Positions 10,405 through 20,484 of a stretch of 64,000 nt of DNA are shown in pieces (the stretch's first letter is position 1; every line of letters starts with the position of its first letter). Below the pieces are notes generated by a model. That model worked only from the letters and a program-made list of their open reading frames with translations, searched no databases and was not told the DNA's origin. The stretch lies in contig CAWJBB010000002.1 in the NCBI GenBank assembly GCA_963840855.1, positions 64,001 through 128,000 on the forward strand, given 5' to 3'. This stretch comes from an uncultured delta proteobacterium (GTDB lineage: Bacteria; Desulfobacterota; Binatia; UBA9968). The position numbers and the translations under genes were made by a program.

Positions 10405-11625
10405 ATGGATAACGCCCAATTTGCGGAGATCGCCGCCTGCATTACCGAAGCGGGTTTGGCTGGTCAATCTGAAACGGCGGCGCTTACCGGGTTCTGCGAA
10501 CGCGCTGTAGCTTTCGGATTACCGCTCGCTCGCGCAAACGTCGTCATCGACACGCTACATCCAGTTTATGAAGGCCGCGCCTTTACTTGGAAACGCCAAC
10601 AAAAGGAAACGACGCTCAGCGAGTATGGCCGAAACCCGGGGCGCTCGGAACGGTGGGAACGCAGCCCGTTTTACCGTCTCGAAGTCTCCGGCGAGTCGCT
10701 GCTCAAATGCCGGCTGACCGCGGCGACAGAGGCCATGTTTCCGATATTTTCCGAACTGCGTTTGGATGGCATCACCGACTATGTGGCGATCGCGAATCGG
10801 TTCGCCGCGGAGGGAATCATCGGCGAGATGGATTGCGTGTATTCGTCGTGGGCTACGGACGCGCCACAGGGGTTCGGCGATGCCGACGTCGCCGATCTAA
10901 GCCGACTCATGCCCTCATTCGCGCTCACGATGAAATCGGCGTCGCTGGCGCGGGTCGCGGAAACTTTGGTTGAGACCTATCTCGGGCGCGACGCGGGCCG
11001 GCGCGTGTTAGAAGGACGAATCGCGCGAGGCATCGCGGATCGGATTGAAGCAGTCCTGTGGTTTAGCGACCTGCGCAACTACACAAGGATCAGCGATTCG
11101 GCGGCGCCTGAGCAGATTATTCCTTTCCTTAACGACTACGCGGATGCGGTCATTTCGGCGATTCATCAGCAGGGGGGAGATGTCCTGAAACTGATGGGCG
11201 ACGGCGTGCTCGCCATATTCACAGCGGACGATCGTGGCCGCGCCTGCCTGGCGGCGCTCGCGGCCGCAGCCGATGCGCGCCGCGCCGTCGCGGCGGTAAA
11301 TCAGCGCCGAGCGGCGCAAAGTCTACCGACCACCGATATGTATCTCGGTCTTCACGTCGGCGAAGTATTTTACGGCAACATCGGGAGCCGCGAGCGCCTC
11401 GATTTCACGGTCGTCGGACCGGCGGTCAACGAAGTGAGCCGGATCGCCGGCTTGTGCCAATCCGTTGACCAGCCATTGCTCGTCTCCTCCGCCTTTGCGT
11501 CCGCGATCGGCGAACCGAAAAAACTGCTCGTCTCGGTCGGCCGATACGCCCTCCGCGGTGTCGGACGCCCCCAAGATTTATATACGCTCGAGAACAATGC
11601 GGGCGCCGCTGTCGTGGAGTCGTAA
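10405..11625 (+). CDS. Class III adenylate/guanylate cyclase
   Basis: WFSDLRNYT, VLKLMGDGVLAIF, GLHVGEVFYGNIG, FTVVGPAVNEVSRI. Confidence 0.9.
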   Translation: MDNAQFAEIAACITEAGLAGQSETAALTGFCERAVAFGLPLARANVVIDTLHPVYEGRAFTWKRQQKETTLSEYGRNPGRSERWERSPFYRLEVSGESLLKCRLTAATEAMFPIFSELRLDGITDYVAIANRFAAEGIIGEMDCVYSSWATDAPQGFGDADVADLSRLMPSFALTMKSASLARVAETLVETYLGRDAGRRVLEGRIARGIADRIEAVLWFSDLRNYTRISDSAAPEQIIPFLNDYADAVISAIHQQGGDVLKLMGDGVLAIFTADDRGRACLAALAAAADARRAVAAVNQRRAAQSLPTTDMYLGLHVGEVFYGNIGSRERLDFTVVGPAVNEVSRIAGLCQSVDQPLLVSSAFASAIGEPKKLLVSVGRYALRGVGRPQDLYTLENNAGAAVVES

Positions 11626-11660
11626 CCCACGCAACCGCGCGGGCCCGGTTGTCAATCACT

Positions 11661-12635
11661 TTACCGCAGAAGACTCGGCAACCGACCTTTGATGATCTCC
11701 TCCGCCTCCCTGAGTATATCCTGGACAACTTCACTGACGCTCTTAATGGCGTCGATCAAGCCTGCGTCTTGACCGAAGGAAAGCGAGGCGTTGTCGACAT
11801 CGCCGGCGGCGCGGGCGGCGGCGACCTGCTGGCCGACCTCGCGCGCGTTTTGCCGCAACGCCCATTCGCGCCCCGACCAGCGCTCGATAAACTTGTTGCG
11901 CTGAGCGCGCGACATCGCGCCTGGCCAGACCCGTTGGCTCGCTAGATCGGGAATTTCGGTCAACACGGTGTCGTGGCCGTCGCTTTTGACGATGGCTTCT
12001 TTGAAGTTCGAATGAATCGGCGCTTCCGGCGTAGCCATGAATCGGGTGCCAAGCAACACACCTTCAGCTCCAAGAGCCAGCGCCGCCGCCAGGCCGCGTC
12101 CGTCGGCGATTCCACCGGCGGAGAGAACCGGCAGCGGCGCCACCGCGTTGACCATCATCGGCACCAGCGGCAAGGACGCCATCCAAACCACATGCCCTCC
12201 GGCTTCCGTGCCTTGCGCCACAAGGACGTCAGCCCCGGCTTCCGCGGCGCGGCGAGCTTCGGGAACCTCCCCGGCCATATACATGACCTTGCAGCCGACA
12301 TCGTGGGCGCGCTGAAAATAGTCGCGCAGGTCCTGGTCCTTTCGCGCCCACGCAAAGGCGGCGACCGCCGGTCGAGCGCGGAGCGTGACAGCGAACATGT
12401 CTTCCTGAATTTGAAACAATAGATGATTGATGCCGAATGGTTTGTCGGTGCGCTCGCGAATGGCGCCGATCTCGGTGTCCAACGTCGCGGCGTTGAATGC
12501 CGAGGTGCCAAGGGTGCCGAAGCCTCCGGCATTGGATACGGCGGCGACCAGCGGAGCGGTGGTCGCGGTGCCCATGCCGCCAAGAACGATCGGATGGGGA
12601 ATGTCGAGCAGATCGCAGATGCGCGTGTGAATCAT
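11661..12635 (-). CDS. Nitronate monooxygenase family flavoprotein
   Basis: HPIVLGGM, AAVSNAGGFG, AQGTEAGGH, AGGIADGRG, LGTRF. Confidence 0.9.
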   Translation of the reverse strand: MIHTRICDLLDIPHPIVLGGMGTATTAPLVAAVSNAGGFGTLGTSAFNAATLDTEIGAIRERTDKPFGINHLLFQIQEDMFAVTLRARPAVAAFAWARKDQDLRDYFQRAHDVGCKVMYMAGEVPEARRAAEAGADVLVAQGTEAGGHVVWMASLPLVPMMVNAVAPLPVLSAGGIADGRGLAAALALGAEGVLLGTRFMATPEAPIHSNFKEAIVKSDGHDTVLTEIPDLASQRVWPGAMSRAQRNKFIERWSGREWALRQNAREVGQQVAAARAAGDVDNASLSFGQDAGLIDAIKSVSEVVQDILREAEEIIKGRLPSLLR

Positions 12636-12866
12636 GACGCCTCCGATTCTCTTTAAGACTTCAGCCGTGCTTTCTAGCCCTAGCCGAATCAGCGCGCTTT
12701 GTAAAATCGAGATGATGTGAGGAAAACGTTGTGTCCGTAGCTGAACTTGAGATTACTCGGAACTGTTCACGGCAGCTTTCGGCTAGGGTTAGACTACAAA
12801 GAGGAGCTGGATTAGCTTGCGGGTCATTACGCGGCTATAATACTGCCAAGTTCACAGGAGGTTATC

Positions 12867-13469
12867 ATGTCATATATTCCATACGTCGATCTCGAAAAGA
12901 TTATCGACCCCGAGATTCGCGGGTATCTCGAGCGGGCCCGCAAGGAAGGCACGCCTCGGCCCGAGAGCCAGGCAATTCGAGCCAACAATCCCAACGTGAT
13001 CCGGGCGTTTTCGCAGGCGTGGGACCTAACGTTTCGGAACGGCGCTGTCGATCATAAACTCAAGGAAATGTGCCGGGTCTACGTGTCGAAATCCATCGAC
13101 TGCGAATATTGAGGCGTGCAGCGATCCGTCCAGGCTGGACGGCAGGGACTGTCGGAAGAGAATTACGATGAGCTCCTCAATTTTCAGCGCTCGGATAAGT
13201 TCACCGAGCGGGAGAAAGTGGCGCTCACGTACACCAGTGCGATCATCTGGAATTCCGATATTGCCGATGACGCCCTCTGGGAGAAGCTGCACCGCCACTT
13301 CACGATTCCCGAGCTCGTCGAGCTCGGATTTTTCATAGCGCTGACGTTCGGTCAGCAGCGCTGGATCAAGACTCTGGGTATCGGCCACGGTGAAATCTTG
13401 GCCGATAACGCTGCCGGACTTGCGGGTTCCCATAGCGACAAGATCGGGCTGCGGGAGACTGGGGGTTAA
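12867..13469 (+). CDS. AhpD/carboxymuconolactone decarboxylase family protein, probable selenoprotein (CxxU, UGA at 13110-13112)
   Basis: ORFs 12867-13112 and 13116-13469 share one frame; the joined protein reads ...SKSIDCEY*GVQRS...FTEREKVALTY...ELVELG; downstream hairpin. Confidence 0.85.
13113..13145 (+). promoter_or_regulatory. Putative bacterial SECIS element
   Basis: Stem ccgtcca (13126-13132)/tggacgg (13136-13142), G-initiated loop ggc about 20 nt after the UGA. Confidence 0.7.
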
Positions 13470-13585
13470 TTCCTACATGGTCCCGCACTGAGTCCAGACG
13501 TGTTCTACTAGGGCTGAAAGTTTTCGCGGGTTGCGCAAATGTTACCGTTGGTCTTTGCCCTTTAGCCACAGGAACTTAGGAATAT

Positions 13586-13662
13586 TATCGCGCCAAGGCG
13601 CCAAGAACGCCAAGTTCGGAATTGTTTTTTTCCTTTGCGGCCTTTGCGCCTTTGCGCGAGAT
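13586..13662. repeat. Intergenic palindromic repeat (cgccaagg/ctttgcg family); related motif near 57975-58002
   Basis: tcgcgccaaggcgccaagaacgccaag ... ctttgcggcctttgcgcctttgcgcgag. Confidence 0.55.
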
Positions 13663-13764
13663 GTTCCGGCTTTTGGTTGCGGCTCTGTTGCGCTAGGGGC
13701 ACTTGTAATTGGGAGCGATAAATTGTCTTGAACTTCGTTTCCCGGGCTGTGATGGCTGGAGCCT

Positions 13765-14844
13765 ATGCCAAATCAAGAAAAAATATTTACCGGTGAAATC
13801 GGTATTCACTATCCTCTCCATGTGCTCAATCGTTACTCGCTTCCTGAGTTGATCGGGCTTGCCGAGCGGGCGTGGCAGACCATGGAAAAACTTGGCTTTG
13901 GCCAGGTTTGGACCAACGACAATCTGGAGTACCGCAGCGTGTTGGCGAGTTCGGCGGCGATCGCGGCGCGCGTACCGGTCAAGCTCGGCACTGCGGTGAC
14001 CGTCCCCTACTTCCGTAATCCCGTCGATCTTGCCATGGCCTTTGCGACGATATCGGAGCTCACCAACGGCCGGGAGATTTCTCTCGGCTTGGGTCCCGGA
14101 TCGAGGTCGATACTCAAGCATCAAGTAGAGCGCGCCAAGCCGCTCGCGATCATGGCCGAATTGGCGACCGGCTTGCGAAAACTTTTCGCCGGCGAGGCGC
14201 TCAGGAGCAGTGAAATTCCCATTCTCGCGTCCTATTTCCACATGAACGCGGAGCAATACACGCTCCGCTTCAAAACCCGGTCGCCGATCCGTCTTTACTA
14301 CGGTCCGAGTCTCCTCAAGCCTGCCGTATTGGATCTGGTGGCGCGCCACTTCGACGGCGTGATCCTGCAAACTCTCTACGGCGTCGCCGACATGGAAGCG
14401 TCGCTTGAGCGCCTGCGGTTGGCGCGGTCGCAATCCGCGCTGCGCGAACCGCTGCGCAAAGTCATGCTGCTCAACGCGTCGGTTTCGCGCGACGGCCAGG
14501 CGGCCAGGCAGCACGCCAAAAGATTCGTTTCCCACATCGTATCCGGCTGGCCGGACGAAGTTCTGAAGACAAAGGGCATCGACCCGCAGGCGATTCGAGC
14601 TGTACGGCAAGCCTACGCGGAAAACCGCGGCGTCGACTACGCCGCCTCTCTGACTCCGGACGAAGCGGTGGATCGTTTGATCATCGCGGGCACACCGGCG
14701 CAGTGTAAAGAACGGATCGCCGAACTTTTCGCGCTGGCAGCCCGCGACGGTTTCACACAGGTCACGCTTGGCGTTCCGCTCGGACCCGATATCCCGGAGG
14801 TGATCGATCTCTGGGGCACAGAAATCCTGCCGGCGTTGCGCTAG
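13765..14844 (+). CDS. LLM class flavin/F420-dependent oxidoreductase
   Basis: GFGQVWTND, KLGTAVTVPYFRNP, ELTNGREISLGLGPG, AGTPAQC. Confidence 0.85.
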   Translation: MPNQEKIFTGEIGIHYPLHVLNRYSLPELIGLAERAWQTMEKLGFGQVWTNDNLEYRSVLASSAAIAARVPVKLGTAVTVPYFRNPVDLAMAFATISELTNGREISLGLGPGSRSILKHQVERAKPLAIMAELATGLRKLFAGEALRSSEIPILASYFHMNAEQYTLRFKTRSPIRLYYGPSLLKPAVLDLVARHFDGVILQTLYGVADMEASLERLRLARSQSALREPLRKVMLLNASVSRDGQAARQHAKRFVSHIVSGWPDEVLKTKGIDPQAIRAVRQAYAENRGVDYAASLTPDEAVDRLIIAGTPAQCKERIAELFALAARDGFTQVTLGVPLGPDIPEVIDLWGTEILPALR

Positions 14845-14951
14845 ACGAAAGGCTCTGGTGTTTTAGAGGACCGAATAGTCATCCTGCGAGTCGCGACCTT
14901 GAATCTGGAGCAAGGTCACAAATGTTGGGAAGCGCGTTGGGCTTCGTCCGC

Positions 14952-15641
14952 TTAAAGCAGGTTGACGGCGCGGGCGGCGAGCAACGCAAGGATCAGCAGT
15001 GAGAGCAGGGATTGCAGCATGGTCAAAAGTTTCGCCCAGCGCGCCAGCACCGGCACGTCGGTGGGCGACAAGGCGGTACTGGTGTTGAACGCTAGAAACA
15101 AGTAATCAATGAAGTTGGGCGACCAGTCCTGTTGCCCCGCTTCCCTCAGCGCCTCTTCGCTCATCGTCATCTGCGGAAAAAGAAACGCTCCATCCGGATG
15201 TCCCGCGCGTTTATCCCGTTGGTGCGGGCCGCCGGCGTCCAGCCGCCAGTACCATAGAGCAAAAACCAAGATATTGGTGGCCCAGAGCGAAGCCGCCGAA
15301 AGCAACAGCGCCAGCGGAGGCTCGCGGTGTGTAGGCAGAGCGCCGATCAGGAGAATGACGGAAACGGTCAATCCGATGGTGAGCAGCGCGTCCACCAAAA
15401 ACACGAAGATGGTATTCAATCGATGCCTGCCGGTGTGATGTGATACGACGGTTGGAAATAGCAAAGCTAAAATGAGAGAAGGGAAGAGCCAGCGCGGACC
15501 CAAGGTGAGGGCATCGGGTAGCCCCATGTAAAGCCCGCCAACAGCGAGGACGGCGATGAAAGCCGGCCACCGCGGTTCAGCGTCAAGAATCTCAACGGAG
15601 TTCTCCACCCGTAAGAGTATTGCGAGGGCTTCCTTAAACAT
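14952..15641 (-). CDS. Integral membrane protein (DUF1345-like)
   Basis: Several TM segments; FALWYWRLDAGGP, FLFPQM, PNFIDYLFLAFNTSTALSPTD. Confidence 0.7.
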   Translation of the reverse strand: MFKEALAILLRVENSVEILDAEPRWPAFIAVLAVGGLYMGLPDALTLGPRWLFPSLILALLFPTVVSHHTGRHRLNTIFVFLVDALLTIGLTVSVILLIGALPTHREPPLALLLSAASLWATNILVFALWYWRLDAGGPHQRDKRAGHPDGAFLFPQMTMSEEALREAGQQDWSPNFIDYLFLAFNTSTALSPTDVPVLARWAKLLTMLQSLLSLLILALLAARAVNLL

Positions 15642-15869
15642 GATTACTCACAGCGCCGCGGATCAACTCGCTCGGTCAGTCGATTAAGCAGGTCCAAACG
15701 TTGTGCCGCGTCAGCGTATAATTCGAATTTGGCGATTTCAATCTGAGAGCGTGAAAACCTTGTCGCAGGAGACGTTTGCAGTTGCGAAAATTTGCGTCAT
15801 AAAGGTCGAAGAGGATCGTGATAGTGTGTTATCGCTACGTACCAAGAGCCGATCGAAAAGGATTGGACT

Positions 15870-16453
15870 GTGGCTAGGAAAGAGCAAAGGGTCTATTTAT
15901 TGCGCCATGGGGAGACCGAGTGGAGCCTCAATGGACGACACACCGGCGTGACCGATGTGCCACTTACCGAGAACGGGCGGATCGCCGCGCGGCGTCTAGA
16001 GCCCATTCTTGCCAAGGAGACTTTCGCGCTGGTCCTCACCAGTCCGCTTAGCCGCGCGCGCGAGACCTCCGAGCTAGCGGGATTAGGCAAGCAGGCGAAT
16101 GTCGAGGCCGACTTGATCGAGTGGAACTATGGAGAGTACGAGGGCCTCAAGACGAACAAATCCGCTTGACGAGGCCGGGCTGGTCGGTTTTTCGCGACGG
16201 CTGCCCCGGCGGAGAGACCCCGGAACAGATCGGCGCGCGCGCCGATCGCGTTCTCACCAAGGTCCATGCCAGCGAGGGAAACGTCGCCCTGTTCGCGCAC
16301 GGCCACATTCTTCGCGTACTCGCCGCGCGGTGGATCCATTTATCGGCTAGTTACGGCGAGCACTTCCTGCTCGATACCGCGACCCTGAACGTCCTTGGCT
16401 ACTACCGCGAGTCTCCTGCGTTCAAGATTTGGAACGCGCCGATCGCAAGATAA
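15870..16453 (+). CDS. Histidine phosphatase family protein (frameshift near 16155)
   Basis: LLRHGETEWS, EWNYGEYEG, then FAHGHILRVL in another frame. Confidence 0.85.
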
Positions 16454-16567
16454 GGGCTGCATATGTGATTCATTCGGCCATTGCTTCTGGAGTTAAGGCC
16501 GGGGCGGGAGAACTATGAGGAATTGAGAATCGAAGACGGGAACTACGAGGAGCACACCGAGTGTGCG

Positions 16568-16707
16568 GTTCAAGGTTCAATGGCTTCGCCTGTTCAACGT
16601 TCAATGGTCAATGTTCAACGTCCCCACCTCCCGACATTAAGCCTTGAAGTCGAAACCTTGAACCGCGCCGACGGCGCCACGTTGAACTTGAACCTTGAAC
16701 TTTGAAC
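16568..16707. repeat. Inverted arrays of ~7 bp gttcaa(n)/ttgaac(n) units
   Basis: gttcaaggttcaa..gttcaacgttcaa and ttgaacttgaaccttgaactttgaac; similar units at 33333-33356. Confidence 0.65.
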
Positions 16708-16739
16708 GAATATCCCCCGTTGACCACGCTTGGGCTATG

Positions 16740-18110
16740 CTATTTGGCTCCGTCGGTTGGCGGCGTGGCGCTCGCGATGGCCGAAACAGCCAGCGGCAGC
16801 TGCTTGGCCAGCGAGATCACGATGATTTGATTTTTCGTTCCTTTGCCGATGTTATTGCCGTCCGCGTCGTACTTGTTCTCGGCGGTGTCGAAGTCGTTGT
16901 CGTTGGCGACGGCGATGGTGTTGCGGTCGAGAATGACGAGCCCTTCGATCTTCTCCGGCATGTTTTCGAACTTGCTCAGATCGACAACCAGCGTTTTCGG
17001 CAGAACCGCCACGTTCTCCGTCGCTGGATTCTCCAGGGATTCCAGAGTGGGAACGGTTTTGGGATCGTTCCACTTGCTGTTGAGAATGTTGGTTGCCGTG
17101 CTCAGATCGACGCTGAATATCTTCGCCACCCCATCCGTGCGTTCGAGAATCAATAACGTCGTTGGATTCACGTAGGCCACGGCGGAGAGCTTCATCTCAT
17201 CAGGCTTCATTTTCGGATTGGGGTCAAATTCCTTGGCCACATCGAAGCGATAGACATATTCCGCCGTCACCTTCTCGCTCGCGACGTCGAATATCAAAAC
17301 CCTCGTGTTGCGGGAATCGTCGCCGGTTTTCCGGTCGGGATTGAGAAGCGGACTCTGGAGCACTATGTAAAGCGTCTTCTCGTCGCTGCTCATTGCCAGG
17401 CCTTCGAAGCCGCGATTGATCTTCCTCTTAACAAAAATTGGCGAGAAGACAGGCACCAGGGGATAATCGGCAGCGGCGAGCTTGAGTCCTTCGGGAATGT
17501 AGCGCTTTAAGACTTTACCGGACCGATCCAGTCGCATTAGCGATGGGCTGTATTCCTCGACGATCCAAAATTCCCCGGCCTTGGTCCGCACCAGACCTTC
17601 CGAATCGATGCCGCTGGGATTGAACGGCAATTCGTTTTTCCCCGTAACGTCGTAAGGAGTCTCGTCATAACCTTTGATATTCGAAATGCCGGACACCGAT
17701 TTTCCCGATTGGCCGAGGATCGGGAGCGTTTCGAGGATCCGAATGGTATCGCCCTCGGTTTTCACGCGCAAAATCATCGGGCTGAAAGTCGGAATGGGAA
17801 AAGTCCGGCGGTTTGCGCCGTCGATTCGCACCTGGCCGTTGGGGCCGCGGTCGGTCATCAGCCAAAATTCATCCTTGGGATCGTTGGGGCCCTGCCAGAG
17901 ATCGCTGCCGGTGCCGCCCAGTGAAATTTTGCGATCGTTGGTAACGCTACCGGGCAGCACGGCGTTATGGAAATCCTTGATAGCGATGAAGGGCAAGGTG
18001 TAGCGCGCGATGACCTTGTCGTCGCCGAAGACGGCGGCGGGCGCAGCCTGAGCCGCGAAGGCGAAGCCCAGGATGAGCAGAGACAGTTTTTTCAATGATG
18101 CGATGAGCAT
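16740..18110 (-). CDS. Secreted esterase-like activity of phytase family protein
   Basis: Signal peptide; TDRGPN, IDSEGL, EEYSPSL, NRGFEGLA, EKIEGL, NDNDF. Confidence 0.85.
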   Translation of the reverse strand: MLIASLKKLSLLILGFAFAAQAAPAAVFGDDKVIARYTLPFIAIKDFHNAVLPGSVTNDRKISLGGTGSDLWQGPNDPKDEFWLMTDRGPNGQVRIDGANRRTFPIPTFSPMILRVKTEGDTIRILETLPILGQSGKSVSGISNIKGYDETPYDVTGKNELPFNPSGIDSEGLVRTKAGEFWIVEEYSPSLMRLDRSGKVLKRYIPEGLKLAAADYPLVPVFSPIFVKRKINRGFEGLAMSSDEKTLYIVLQSPLLNPDRKTGDDSRNTRVLIFDVASEKVTAEYVYRFDVAKEFDPNPKMKPDEMKLSAVAYVNPTTLLILERTDGVAKIFSVDLSTATNILNSKWNDPKTVPTLESLENPATENVAVLPKTLVVDLSKFENMPEKIEGLVILDRNTIAVANDNDFDTAENKYDADGNNIGKGTKNQIIVISLAKQLPLAVSAIASATPPTDGAK

Positions 18111-18156
18111 GAGGATTCCTTTCGAGAGAAAATATCTGCACAACCTACCTGCCGGT

Positions 18157-18175
18157 TGTTACAAGAATGTTACAA
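18157..18175 (-). promoter_or_regulatory. Pho-box-like direct repeat
   Basis: Minus strand TTGTAAC-ATTC-TTGTAAC (11 bp period), upstream of the phytase-like gene. Confidence 0.5.
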
Positions 18176-18230
18176 CAAAGTAAACTGGGATTTACGTCTA
18201 GAAGTTCGTATGGGCGCTGAGAGCGCTGCG

Positions 18231-18259
18231 TTGACAGTCGCGGAGTGGCAACCTATATG
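18231..18259 (+). promoter_or_regulatory. Putative sigma70 promoter of the LLM gene
   Basis: TTGACA-17-TATATG followed by an atgtaaccc tandem repeat. Confidence 0.45.
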
Positions 18260-18318
18260 TAACCCATGTAACCCATAAGTTATCTGGGGGGAGGTTCATC
18301 GAAAGGGGCGCAATCCGC

Positions 18319-19344
18319 ATGAAATTTGGTTCTCACTACCTGCCAACTTATATTCCGGATTTGGACGGGCCGCTGCCGGAATTTTACCAGAAAATGTTTT
18401 CGCAGATGGAGGAAATGGACCGGCTCGGCTATGACCATATCTGGGTGACCGAGCATCACTTTGCTATGTACGGTGGCACCTTGCCGCATCCGCCCACTTT
18501 TATGGCGGCCGTCGCGCGCACGACGAAACGGATTCGCCTTGGGGTTGCGATCAATGTCTTGCCCTTGCACAACCCGATCGATGTCGCCGAGTCGTACGCG
18601 ATGGTCGACGTGATCTCCAACGGGAGATTGGAATTCGGCGTAGGCAAAGGCAGCGAAGGGCATGAGTACAAAAAATTCGGCTTCGACCAGAAAGAATCCA
18701 CCGGTCGCCTGTACGAGGGCGTCAAAGTTATGCTGCAGGCGTGGTCCGACAAGCCGGTGAATTTCACCGGAGAGTTTTTCAACTATCAGAACGTTCCGGT
18801 TTATCCCAAACCAGTGCAGCGGCCGCATCCGCCGGTCTGGGTGGGCTGCGCCCGCTCCGAGGATTCGTTTCGCTGGGCAGGGGAAAACGGCTTTCACTTG
18901 ATGACGCTGCCCTATCTCTACCGCGAAGCCCATATGCTCCCGGGTTTCATAAAAACCTATCGCGACGGATTGGCGAAGAGCGGCCATGATCCGATGGCAA
19001 CGGATATCCTGGGGAAGTTTCACATTTATGTTTCAAGCAGTCTTGAAAAGGCCATGGAAGAAGCCGGACCTTATATTACTTCCTATTATGACGTTCACAG
19101 GGACGCCGATCCGAACCGCAAGGAGCAGGGACTGCTGCTGCACCGCGACACCAAGACGCAACTGCAACAAGGATTTGTTCTTGCCGGGGATCCCGAGCGC
19201 GTTGCCGATAGCATTCGCAAATGGAGCGAGGAAGTCGGCCTGACGACGATTTCCGGCACCTTCTACTTCGGCGGCATGCCCCAAGACATGGCGATGAAAA
19301 ACATCCGCCTGTTCGCGGACAAGGTGCTGCCGCAGCTCAAGTAG
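18319..19344 (+). CDS. LLM class flavin-dependent oxidoreductase
   Basis: WVTEHHF, RIRLGVAINVLPLHNP, ISNGRLEFGVGKG, PKPVQRPHPP. Confidence 0.9.
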   Translation: MKFGSHYLPTYIPDLDGPLPEFYQKMFSQMEEMDRLGYDHIWVTEHHFAMYGGTLPHPPTFMAAVARTTKRIRLGVAINVLPLHNPIDVAESYAMVDVISNGRLEFGVGKGSEGHEYKKFGFDQKESTGRLYEGVKVMLQAWSDKPVNFTGEFFNYQNVPVYPKPVQRPHPPVWVGCARSEDSFRWAGENGFHLMTLPYLYREAHMLPGFIKTYRDGLAKSGHDPMATDILGKFHIYVSSSLEKAMEEAGPYITSYYDVHRDADPNRKEQGLLLHRDTKTQLQQGFVLAGDPERVADSIRKWSEEVGLTTISGTFYFGGMPQDMAMKNIRLFADKVLPQLK

Positions 19345-19425
19345 CGAGAAGAAAATGAGCCACAAAGGGCGTAAAGGTTGGAAGAACGGAGAGGGCCTGC
19401 CTAGGAGTTTGTCCAGCTAGTCACC
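19151..19425 (+). repeat. Direct repeat copy 1 (~275 bp; LLM 3' end plus downstream)
   Basis: Near-identical to 55484-55757. Confidence 0.9.
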
Positions 19426-19926
19426 GATGAGGGTGTTCATCGTCAGGTTTGTCATCGCCACACCCTCACATAATTATGTTGCCATTAACCCCTGACAGAA
19501 TCACTTTGCTACCACACCTAAAAAGGTTTTCAGTTGACACATCCTAAGTCGCTCTAGTACAAGGTTCTCGCGCTCGCCCATGCATAGCTTCGACACCCCC
19601 TAGGTGAATTTCGTTTTATTCAAAGTTCCCAAGGAGGTATCCTCCGTGAAAAAATCCTTTCTACAATCCGTTGACGGTGTAAAGCGTCATCTGCTTAACA
19701 AAAAAATCTCCCCATTCCGCACGAGTATCTGTGGGCCGCCGACACTGAAACAAACGAGGAGGAGCGAAGAGCTCTGCTAAAGGAGGAGTCTAAACAGAAA
19801 GGTTCCAACACCGGCAAGACAACAACGGCATGTTGAAAATATCGAACCTGCCAATTATTCGCGTCACACTGAACGACGGAAACTAATCACGGTAACATCA
19901 ACAGCAGTAGCGAAAGGAGTTTCAAA

Positions 19927-20484
19927 ATGGCTTGGATCAGAACATTTGACGAAAACGAGGCACGAGGACTGCTGAGTTGGGTCTATGGGGTTGCACGATG
20001 GAAGCGGGGGAGAGTCCCCAACATCGTCAAAGTTTCCAGTCTCAATCCGCGTCTTTTAGTCACTCTGGGTCCCCTCTTCCGCACGCTTATGGAGGGACCG
20101 TCGCCTCTGACCCGCGCACAGCGGAAGATGGTGGCCATTGTCGCTTCCAAAGTGAATAATTGCTTTTACTGAACTGAATCCAACGGAGAGTTTCTCCGTG
20201 AAGAGCTGAAGGACGTGGAAGTAGCTGATGCGCTCATGACAGATTATCGCGCCGCTTCCATCGAACCAGAGATGAAACATCTTTTATCCTTTGCGGAGAA
20301 GATGGCGCGGGATGCCAGCAAGATTACTCCGGAGGATATCGATAAAATCCGGACGGCCGGGTTCTCCGATCGAGCGATCCTGGATGCGGTCCACGTCACA
20401 GGCTTTTTTAGTTATATGAATCGAGTGGTACAGGCCCTAGGCGCTGACAGTAAAGGAGGTGATCCCCAAACCCTGAACGCGTAG
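19927..20484 (+). CDS. AhpD-like peroxidase-related protein, probable selenoprotein (CxxU, UGA at 20170-20172)
   Basis: In-frame join ...ASKVNNCFY*TESNGEFL...FAEKMARD...GFSDRAILDAVHVTGFFSYMNRV; aaggag RBS; downstream hairpin. Confidence 0.85.
20173..20200 (+). promoter_or_regulatory. Putative bacterial SECIS element
   Basis: Stem acggaga (20183-20189)/tctccgt (20193-20199), loop gtt starting 17 nt after the UGA. Confidence 0.7.

Noticed and set aside
19646-19780. 44 aa ORF with a good RBS
   Set aside because: No motif or similarity I can support
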